From Planctomycetia bacterium (GTDB lineage: Bacteria > Planctomycetota > Planctomycetia > Pirellulales > PALSA-1355): a stretch of DNA of 37,314 bases. Shown here one piece after another: positions 27,694 to 35,231 of the stretch. The stretch lies in contig JAYVCO010000327.1 in NCBI GenBank assembly GCA_043749935.1, forward strand, positions 1 through 37,314, in the 5' to 3' direction. The position numbers were made by a program, and so were the translations under genes. Every line of letters starts with the position of its first letter. Positions within the stretch are counted from its first letter, which is position 1. The notes beneath the pieces are model-generated. The model searched no databases and had not been told where the DNA came from. It worked only from the letters and a program-made list of their open reading frames with translations.

Positions 27694-29889
27694 TCAGGCT
27701 TGCCACATCATCAACTCGAAATCGGGGGAGGGAACGACCGTCTCCAGAGCTCCTTCGTGCGGAATGCGTTCCAATACATGTTCATTGCGGATCAGTTCCA
27801 CGTAAAAGTGAATCTTGGCATCGGTCGCCGCCGCCAGGCTCCGCCAGGCAACCGCGACTTCCAAGATCACGTCGGCCGCCGCTTCGACCCCCGCGGCGCT
27901 GACAGGCACGTCATTTTGATACATCTGCACGATCGGCTCTCTCACGCTGGGCTCGGTGACCAGCAGTTCGAAACCGGCTGGCTCGCTGAATACGATGCGT
28001 AGGGTATCGACGTCTTCCAAATGTTGCCGCATGCTGCCGTGCGAGTCGAGCCTCAATAGCAGTCGCTCGGCATCGAAACCGAAAAATAACTTTTCAATGC
28101 GTGGCGGTTCGGCCATCGACATCGTGCCTCGCCCTGTCGAGGCCGTGTAGAGACCCGCATTGAGCCACTCGAAATACGTTTCGCGGCCGTTGATTTTCAC
28201 GTCCAACAGAGCCGTCGGCTGCGTAAAGAGTTGTGCCTGACGTTGATGCTCGCCGATCGGCCTGAGCAGCGCTTGAGGCGGCTCTTCTCCGAGGAGCGTG
28301 TAGACGTTGTGCAAGTGCTTGCGGAACAACTGGTCGAAAAGTTCGTCCTGGGCGCTGGAGTGGCTGTCGTCGAACCACCAAAACCAATCGCTTCCCTCGG
28401 CGATGTAGATTTCGTCCCAAGCCGCGGCGAGTTGTTCCGCGGGAAGTTCGTCTTCGCTCGCGTGTTTGACCAGCATAGTTCGCGTTTCGGAGAGCAGATC
28501 CCAGGCCCGGTTGCAGGCTGGATGGCCGATCCAGATGCCAAAATTGTGGCTGATCCAACTGCCGGCGAACAACTGGCCCAGGCGTTGACTGGTCGGATGC
28601 TTCTTCAAATAGTCGCGGACGCGCACCGTTTTGATTTTCTTGTGGCGAGCCAGGCGCCGATAAAGGCCGCGCAAGAAATCGAGCCCGCCGTTGGGATAAT
28701 ACTCCCAGCAGTTTTCGCCATCGAGGATGATGCTGACCAGTTTCGGTTGATCGCCGGCCTGCTCGCCGCTCGCACGCTGAATGTTTTCGAGCTTGCCTAC
28801 CAATTCGTCGACCGCGTGTTCGGCCTGGTAGCCCTGATAGTGGAAACCGATCTGATCGCTCAGCGCGTGATCGCGAAAGATCATTTGCAACTCTCGGCCA
28901 TTCTCTTCCACGCGCCAAGCACGATAGAGGGATTCCGGATTTTCGACCTGGCCCCGGGGGTCGCGCGAAATCCAGTCGTGGGTCGAGTGGGCCAAGATCT
29001 CTTCATCCGTCGCAATCCACTCGATCCCCGCCTCCGCAATCAGGGGAATGATCGACTGGCTCACTGAGCCCTCGGAAGGCCACATTCCCACCGGCGGACT
29101 GCCGAAAATTTCCGTATGATATTTCACCGCGCGGCGAATTTGCGCCGCGGCGTCTTCCGGATAGCCTTCGAGATGTCGAGGCAAATCGACGTGCGGCATC
29201 GCTTGTCGTGCCAGCTTCTTGTCGACCAGCAGCGGCAAGATCGGATGATAAAAGGGCGTGGTCGTCAGTTCCACTTGCCCGCGGTCGGCCAATTTCCGGT
29301 GCAATGGAATAACCTGGGCCAATATTTCCATTTGTTTGTCGAGCAGCCACTGCTTTTCGTCTTCCGACCAATGTTGCCCCTTGTTGCGGAATTCCGCCAG
29401 GTCGTCGTGCAACTCGAAAGCCAGCGGATGAAACCACGTCAGATTGCTCCAACATTGCAGGTCGAGCATGTCCTGCACCGAAAATCGGCGCGCCGCCCGC
29501 GCGGCGGTGTCGCTGCTCAGCCCGCGCTGCTGATAGAGCTCGTAGTAGCGCGGGTAGGGCCGGATCATGTGCTGCGGGTTGGCCATGAAAAAGTTGTCGA
29601 GCAGATACAGCCGCTCGGCCTCATCGAGGCTGTCCGCCGCCAGCCGCGACACGCGCAAGTGTTCGTCTTGCCGATGGTCGTCGGTGTAGGCCAGAAGTTG
29701 CTTGAGCAGGCTGGGCACGAGGTTGATCGTGGCCCGCATCTCAGGCACTTCGCTCAAGTGCATCGCCATGCCCCAATAGTCCTTGGTGCCGTGCAGCCGC
29801 ACCCAAGGCATGGCGTTGTGACCCGTCAGATCGTCGGGGTAGTAGGGCTGATGCTGGTGCCAGACGAAAGCGACGGATAAATCGTGCAT
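27694..29889 (-). CDS. GH57-family glycoside hydrolase (glycogen or alpha-glucan processing)
   Basis: Motifs seen: [10 protein letters not shown], the nucleophile context [10 protein letters not shown] and the acid/base context [11 protein letters not shown]. 731 aa. Confidence 0.85.
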   Translation of the reverse strand: MHDLSVAFVWHQHQPYYPDDLTGHNAMPWVRLHGTKDYWGMAMHLSEVPEMRATINLVPSLLKQLLAYTDDHRQDEHLRVSRLAADSLDEAERLYLLDNFFMANPQHMIRPYPRYYELYQQRGLSSDTAARAARRFSVQDMLDLQCWSNLTWFHPLAFELHDDLAEFRNKGQHWSEDEKQWLLDKQMEILAQVIPLHRKLADRGQVELTTTPFYHPILPLLVDKKLARQAMPHVDLPRHLEGYPEDAAAQIRRAVKYHTEIFGSPPVGMWPSEGSVSQSIIPLIAEAGIEWIATDEEILAHSTHDWISRDPRGQVENPESLYRAWRVEENGRELQMIFRDHALSDQIGFHYQGYQAEHAVDELVGKLENIQRASGEQAGDQPKLVSIILDGENCWEYYPNGGLDFLRGLYRRLARHKKIKTVRVRDYLKKHPTSQRLGQLFAGSWISHNFGIWIGHPACNRAWDLLSETRTMLVKHASEDELPAEQLAAAWDEIYIAEGSDWFWWFDDSHSSAQDELFDQLFRKHLHNVYTLLGEEPPQALLRPIGEHQRQAQLFTQPTALLDVKINGRETYFEWLNAGLYTASTGRGTMSMAEPPRIEKLFFGFDAERLLLRLDSHGSMRQHLEDVDTLRIVFSEPAGFELLVTEPSVREPIVQMYQNDVPVSAAGVEAAADVILEVAVAWRSLAAATDAKIHFYVELIRNEHVLERIPHEGALETVVPSPDFELMMWQA

Positions 29890-30024
29890 GGCAATCCCAC
29901 GCCGTGTGGGCCCCGTGGAGGGTTCATGACCCGCGACCGCCCGCCGATGGTCCCTTTCGATACTTGTTGGCGAACGGCATTTGCCGCGAGCCGCTGACTT
30001 TGATCGAGTTAGTTTACTCTAGCT

Positions 30025-30173
30025 GCCCGTTGAAAAATGCCATCGTGGCATTTTTCAACCTCGCCAAGTGTGGAGCTAAGCTCCAAACGGCTCGCAAAAT
30101 AACGACTTGCGTCATTATTTTGTTATCGCATCCATGCGATATAGCAGCCCGTCGAATAATTCAACGGGCTGCT
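30025..30173. repeat. 149-nt five-hairpin repeat element, copy A
   Basis: It aligns without gaps to the reverse complement of 32701-32849, with 21 mismatches in 149 by hand count. It has a 14-bp perfect stem (gttgaaaaatgcca/tggcatttttcaac) and a terminal 10-bp stem (agcagcccgt/acgggctgct). It overlaps the glgA stop codon by 2 nt. Confidence 0.85.
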
Positions 30174-31668
30174 AGGCGTGGTTGGAAACGGAACCGCGGC
30201 GCACCTGATTGGCCGTGGCGCGATACAAATCAATGTACTTCCGAGCGCTCGTCGCCCAAGACCAGTCCTGCAGCATGCCGTTGTGCATCAGCCGCTTCCA
30301 AACGTCGGCTTGCGCGAAAGTGTTGCAAGCTCGCTGCAACGATTCGGCCAGCGCCAGCCCACTATAGTCGCCGAACGTAAACCCGTTGGCCGTGCCAGAT
30401 GCGAGCGTCTTTTCCGATAAATCGGTAATCGTGTCGACCAATCCGCCGGTAGCTCGCACCACGGGCACGGTGCCATATTTCAGGCTATAGAGTTGATTCA
30501 AGCCGCACGGCTCATATCGGCTGGGCATCACGAAAATGTCGGCGCCGGCTTCGATGCGGTGCGCTAGCCGGTTGGAAAACTCGAGCCGCGTGGCCACTTT
30601 TTGTGGAAACCGCTCGGCCAGCATCATGAACTGTTCCTGGTAAGCCGCTTCGCCGGTGCCCAAGATGACCCACTGCGCATCGTGCAAATGGACCCACTCG
30701 CGCACGGTGGCGGAAAGCAAATCGATTCCTTTTTGATCCGCCAGCCGACCGATGAACGCGATCAGAGGCACCTTTGGCAACACGGGCAAACCGAGCTCGG
30801 CTTGCAGCGCGGCTTTGCAAACCGGCTTGCCGGTTTCAACCGTTTCCGCGCCGTAGTTGGCCGGCAGATGCGGATCGGTGGCCGGGTCCCACTCGCGATA
30901 GTCGACGCCGTTGACAATGCCCGAGAGCACTTCGCGCCTGCTTTGCAACACGCCCTCGAGACCACAGCCCAAGGGCGCGGCCTGTATTTCTTCCGCGTAG
31001 CGAGGACTCACCGTGTTGAGCCGATCGGAAAAAATCAGCCCCGTCTTGAGCAGGTTCAGATTTCCAAAGAACTCCATCTGCTGCCAATTGAAATACTTCC
31101 AGTCGAGCCCGGTCAACAGCATGTCCCAATGCCAGAAGACGCCCTGATAGGCCATGTTGTGGATCGTGAAGAGCGTGCCGATGTTTTCATAGCCGGGCAC
31201 GCCGCGATGTTCGATCTTCAACAGCGCCGGCAGCAGGCCCGTCTGCCAATCGTTGGCGTGCAAGATGTCGACTTCCAATTCGAGCAGGCGAATGCCTTCC
31301 AGGATTGCGCGCGAGAAGAAGACGAATCGCTCGCAGTTGTCCTTATAATCCTGGCCGTTCTCTTGATACAGCTCTGGGCGATCGAAGTAACGGTCCTGGT
31401 GAACCAGATAGACCGGCACCGTGCTATTGGGCAGATGGCTTTTCGAAAAGCTCCCCTTTACGGTCTTGCTGCCAATCTGCACGTCGAAGTAAATTCCGGT
31501 GGGCTCGATCGGCACGCCAGCCGAGTGGACCTGTCGGTAAGCCGGCAGAAACACCATCGGCTCGTGGCCAAGTTTTTCTAGCTCGACTGGCAGCGCCCCG
31601 CAAACATCGGCCAGACCGCCGGTTTTTGCGAACGGGACCGCCTCGCTCGTGGCTATCAGAATCTTCAC
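30172..31668 (-). CDS. glgA: Glycogen synthase (GT5)
   Basis: Motifs seen: VKILIATSEAVPFAKTGGLADV and PSRYEPCGLNQLYSLKYGTVPVVRATGGLVDT. I prefer GTG 31668, which gives M-KILIATSE after a purine-rich AGGGGAAAAG. The track's ATG at 31728 lies inside a tandem AT-rich repeat and remains an alternative. Confidence 0.88.
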   Translation of the reverse strand: MKILIATSEAVPFAKTGGLADVCGALPVELEKLGHEPMVFLPAYRQVHSAGVPIEPTGIYFDVQIGSKTVKGSFSKSHLPNSTVPVYLVHQDRYFDRPELYQENGQDYKDNCERFVFFSRAILEGIRLLELEVDILHANDWQTGLLPALLKIEHRGVPGYENIGTLFTIHNMAYQGVFWHWDMLLTGLDWKYFNWQQMEFFGNLNLLKTGLIFSDRLNTVSPRYAEEIQAAPLGCGLEGVLQSRREVLSGIVNGVDYREWDPATDPHLPANYGAETVETGKPVCKAALQAELGLPVLPKVPLIAFIGRLADQKGIDLLSATVREWVHLHDAQWVILGTGEAAYQEQFMMLAERFPQKVATRLEFSNRLAHRIEAGADIFVMPSRYEPCGLNQLYSLKYGTVPVVRATGGLVDTITDLSEKTLASGTANGFTFGDYSGLALAESLQRACNTFAQADVWKRLMHNGMLQDWSWATSARKYIDLYRATANQVRRGSVSNHA

Positions 31669-31967
31669 GCGTGCTTTTCCCCTGATCCGAGTTGAATCGC
31701 CGGCGATTGGCGCCACCGGCCTATTCATCTCTATTCATCATAACTACTACGTGTCGCCCTGCCGTCGCATTTGTGCGCTCTCCAGGAACAAGCGGCCGCC
31801 GGACTGAAACATCAGGCTATCAGATACGGACGCAAAACGACAAGGCGAAGCAACTTACGCTTCGAGTAAGGTAAACTCGACGCGAATTACCCTGTTTGCC
31901 TTAGTGATAGCATCGGAACTTGAAGGGAGGTGGGATCAATCTTTCCGATGTCGAAGTCGTTATCTCA

Positions 31968-32553
31968 TCACTGCCGCGGCGCTTGGTACGGATTGTCGCT
32001 ACTCTGAACTGGCGGCAAGCTAACCTTCGCCGGGCCAAAACTGGTGCCTTGGGGGAGAGGTTGGCCGGTGAACACCGGGTTATCGGCATACTTGCGCCAG
32101 ATCACCTTTGACTTCGCCCAGCCGTCGCCGATGCGAAACCCTTTGAGCAATCCAAAGCCAACGATGAGCGGCATGAATGGAATTAGCACCGGCAGGTTCC
32201 TGGCCGCCGCGCTTCCCAGGCCGATCGGCTGGTACGTTTCGCGATTGACGGCTTGCACTCCCATCATGGCCTTGCCGGGCGAGCAACCCGCGAACGAGTC
32301 TTTGACCAGCAGCAACGAAATAAAGGATCCATACGACGTCAAAGTCAGTACGACTTCGGAGCTTGGCGGCAACGGCGGCCACGCACGCGATTTGCGCGAT
32401 TTGAATCAGGAAACTGTCGATGAAGAAAGCGAACTGCCGGCGATTGGCAAACCCGTTGCGGCATTTCTTGCACACCTTGTAGCCGTAGAGCAGTTTCTTG
32501 TGGTTCATCCCCTTGGTTCGGCCACACAGTGGGCAACTTTCGCCGGTACTCAT
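31968..32553 (-). pseudogene. RDD-family membrane protein with an N-terminal zinc ribbon, split by a +1 frameshift
   Basis: Frame A (32553 downwards) reads CPLCG...VCKKCRNGFANRRQFAFFIDSFLIQIAQIACVAAVAA. Frame B, through 31968, reads VVLTLTSYGSFISLLLVKDSFAGCSPGKAMMGVQAV...RNLPVLIP...FRIGDGWAKSKVI, a typical RDD C-terminal half. The two frames swap within gccgccgttgccgccaagctcc, around 32355-32376. Confidence 0.6.
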
Positions 32554-32700
32554 GATCTGGCTCCTGGTTTTTGGGATGAGCGCGTAAGGTCAAATCCCCT
32601 TAATGTAGGGTGTGCAAGCGCGCAATCAAGTGATTTGCGAGTCGCAACAAAAACAGGTCAGAAAACTCGTGCGGCGAGTCCGAGTTTTAGCGGCTCTTTT

Positions 32701-32849
32701 AGCAGGCTGTTGATTTAGTCAACAGCCTGCGATGTCGCAGGAATGCGATGACAAAATAGCGACGCCAGTCGTTATTTTGCGAGCCGTGCGGAGCTTCGCT
32801 CCGCACTTGGCGAGGTTGAGAAATGCCACGATGGCATTTCTCAACGGGC
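32701..32849. repeat. 149-nt five-hairpin repeat element, copy B (inverted relative to copy A)
   Basis: Its reverse complement matches 30025-30173 at about 86% with no gaps. Compensatory changes preserve the stems. The element supplies the last three codons and the TGA stop of the aminotransferase gene. Confidence 0.85.
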
Positions 32850-34034
32850 TAGGAATGCTTCGATCCGATCGAAGCCTGCCTTGAGCGTGTCCAGGCTGGT
32901 CGCAAACGAGACCCGTGCATATCCCTCGGCGCCGAATGCGGAACCCATCACCGTGGCGACATTCTGTTGCTCCAGGAGCGTCAGGCACCACTGGGTCGAA
33001 TTGTCGACGCGGGTGCCGCCGTACATGCGGCCGAGGTGGGCCTTGATATTGATGAACGCGTAGAACGCGCCGGCCATGTCGGGACATGAAAGCCCCGCGA
33101 TGCTGGCGATGCGCGAGCGCACGAACTCGCGCCGCTTGGCGAACTCGGCCAGCATTTCGCTCACGCACTCTTGCGGGCCTTCGAGCGCGGCCAAGGCCGC
33201 ATATTGACTGACGCTCGAGGGATTCGACGTCTCTTGGCTCTGCAGGTCGGCCATGGCCGTGGCCACGTTGGCCGGCGAAAGCGTCCAACCAATCCGCCAG
33301 CCGGTCATCGCGTAAGCCTTGCTCGCGCCGTTGACCAGGATCGTGCGATCCTGCATGCCCGGCCGCACGGTGGCGAAGCTGGCGAAGTGATGGTTTCCAT
33401 AAATCAGCCGCTCATAGATTTCATCCGAGATCACGATCAGGTTCCGCTCGATCGCGACGTCGGCCAGATGTCCCAACTCTTCGGGCGAGTACATCGTGCC
33501 GGTCGGGTTCGATGGGGAACAGACCAACAGCATCGTGGTCTTGCCGGTGATGGCCGCGCGCAGTTGGGTCGGCGTCAGTTTGAAATTGTTCGATTCTTCG
33601 GTCGGCACGATCACCGGCACGGCGCCAGTGAGCTTGACCAATTCGGCATAGCTGACCCAGTAGGGCGCGGGAATGATCACCTCATCGCCCGGGTTGCACA
33701 GCGCGGTGAAAACATTGTGCAGCGAGTGTTTCGCGCCATTCGACACCACGACCTGTCCGGCCGCGTACTTCAAACCGTGGGTCGCCTGATACTGCTTGGC
33801 GATCGCGGTGCGCAGCTCGGGAATGCCGCTGGCCGCGGTATAGTGCGTGTGGCCGGCTTTCATGGCCGCCACGGCCGCCTGGCAGATGTGCTCGGGCGTG
33901 GTGAAGTCGGGCTCGCCGACGCTAAAGTCGTAGACCGCTTTGCCGGCCGCTTTCAATTCCTTAGCCTTGGCCGCCATGGCCAAAGTGGCCGAAGGCTCCA
34001 GGGCTCTGACGATGCGAGAAATAGACAGCGGCAT
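32841..34034 (-). CDS. Class I pyridoxal-phosphate-dependent (aspartate-type) aminotransferase
   Basis: The PLP-lysine motif is NGASKAYAMTGWRIGW. VCSPSNPTG and the N-terminal FSVGEPDFTTP are also present. The start was moved to ATG 34034 (MPLSISRIVRALEPS), which follows a GGGAG Shine-Dalgarno-like site. Confidence 0.88.
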   Translation of the reverse strand: MPLSISRIVRALEPSATLAMAAKAKELKAAGKAVYDFSVGEPDFTTPEHICQAAVAAMKAGHTHYTAASGIPELRTAIAKQYQATHGLKYAAGQVVVSNGAKHSLHNVFTALCNPGDEVIIPAPYWVSYAELVKLTGAVPVIVPTEESNNFKLTPTQLRAAITGKTTMLLVCSPSNPTGTMYSPEELGHLADVAIERNLIVISDEIYERLIYGNHHFASFATVRPGMQDRTILVNGASKAYAMTGWRIGWTLSPANVATAMADLQSQETSNPSSVSQYAALAALEGPQECVSEMLAEFAKRREFVRSRIASIAGLSCPDMAGAFYAFINIKAHLGRMYGGTRVDNSTQWCLTLLEQQNVATVMGSAFGAEGYARVSFATSLDTLKAGFDRIEAFLAR

Positions 34035-34779
34035 GGCCCACGGCTCCCGGGAAGAGAATGCAGAAATCTGACGCGATAGAACGGTTTGCGCGCCGACAAG
34101 TCGCTCGCGCGCTTGTCGGCTAACGTGCGACAATCATAGTAGTTGCAAGGTTCGCTTCCAAGTGGCCGCCGGGGGGAGAAATCGAGCCAAACCGCCGGTT
34201 GAAAGCGCATTTGCGGCTTTCGTCAATCGAGTTCGATGACTGGATTTTCCTCATCCAGCTAGCATCTTTTCAAGTCACGCGAGATGTCTCTCTCTGCTGT
34301 GCCGCATTGGCTTGATGACCCCAATCAAGTTTGCGAATGCCATGTCCTGCGCGCGTTGGCGCGCGTCTGAAACTGAAAACGAGTCATCGCGCGCGAGAAG
34401 ATATTTTTTCGCGGATTGGGCCAATTGCCGGAATTCGCCTTGACTCGGTCCTACGATAACTGGTTCAATCCGCGAAGTTAGGGGGGCGGAGCAACTGGCA
34501 GCTTGACAATTAAACCTTTCTCGTCTTCCACGGTAAGTAAGCCGGGGTCGACAATCAGAGCACAAGCAGCCGTCCCCATAGCTTCTCGATCTTTCGAGCG
34601 TTCTTCAGAACGACTGGGGCGATTAAGAACAAGGATGTTGAACGGATGCGAGTCCCCGCGGGGATTCGCTTTAACGATACGAGTGAACTCGTAGAGCTCG
34701 AAACGGCTTCCCCTGTCAGGGTACCCAAGGGGATGTCTCAGTTAGTGAAGCGGGTACCCGCAACCGAGGAGCCACGGAA

Positions 34780-34932
34780 ATGGCAATCCCCAAGAAAGCG
34801 ACGAAGAAGAAGACCATCAAGAAGGCCGCTCGCTCGACCAAAGCGAAGGCCGCCAAGAAGCCGTCGCACGCCAAGACCGCCAAGCGTTCGCCTAAGAAGG
34901 CCGGCGCTCGGAAAGCCCCCAAGCGCGCCTAG
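34780..34932 (+). CDS. 50-aa Lys/Ala-rich histone-H1-like basic protein (not in the ORF track)
   Basis: The product is MAIPKKATKKKTIKKAARSTKAKAAKKPSHAKTAKRSPKKAGARKAPKRA, with 21 of 50 residues Lys or Arg and no acidic residues. GAGGAG (34766-34771) lies 8 nt before the ATG. No earlier start exists in the frame, which opens after a stop at 34684-34686. A terminator hairpin lies downstream. Confidence 0.65.
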   Translation: MAIPKKATKKKTIKKAARSTKAKAAKKPSHAKTAKRSPKKAGARKAPKRA

Positions 34933-34962
34933 CGCTAGAACGGCTTTTTTAACCGACGAGAA

Positions 34963-35003
34963 AGGCCGGCTCGCCAATGTGGCGGGCCGGCCTATTGTCT
35001 TTT
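34963..35003 (+). terminator. Probable intrinsic terminator of the histone-like gene
   Basis: The stem pairs aggccggc (34963-34970) with gccggcct (34986-34993), plus an inner cgcc/ggcg pairing. A T-rich tract attgtctttt follows. Confidence 0.5.
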
Positions 35004-35132
35004 AGCCGGCATGGCTAGTCCGACATCGCCTTTCGGCCTCGGTCGCCGCAGTCGCCGATTTAACCGCCATAATGAGGCGGTTTTGACCCTTCTTGTCTCC
35101 CGCGCCAGAGGCCAGCCGCAAGCGGGCTGGCG

Positions 35133-35161
35133 TTGACGAAACCCATGCTGGCTGCTAGAGT
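35133..35161 (+). promoter_or_regulatory. Sigma-70-type promoter with an extended -10, upstream of the DEAD-box helicase gene
   Basis: TTGACG (35133-35138), a 17-nt spacer ending in TGC, then TAGAGT (35156-35161). The architecture matches the promoter at 12721-12749. Confidence 0.45.
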
Positions 35162-35231
35162 TACAGTAGAAATCAAATTACCTGCCGACCATGGCGCGTC
35201 TGCGGGAACCGCTTGCCAGTAAGCTCACCCA

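Noticed and set aside
29904-30380. 158-aa ORF sharing a roughly 40-aa peptide with ORF 32719..33288, which looks like a paralogous small protein
   Set aside because: The similarity is the translation of the 149-nt hairpin repeat present at both loci. Compensatory base changes and palindromic structure indicate a nucleic-acid element. The remainder of both ORFs overlaps glgA or the aminotransferase gene.
34275-34565. 96-aa minus-strand ORF (TTG start)
   Set aside because: Third-position GC is only about 50% by eye, against much higher values in confident genes here. There is no ATG start, RBS or recognisable domain. I keep it only as a remote possibility.
34646-35005. 119-aa Arg/Pro-rich plus-strand ORF
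   Set aside because: It is an alternative frame of the Lys/Ala-rich 50-aa gene. AAG/GCC repeats read as Arg/Pro in this frame. It has no RBS, whereas the 34780 ATG has GAGGAG at the correct spacing.
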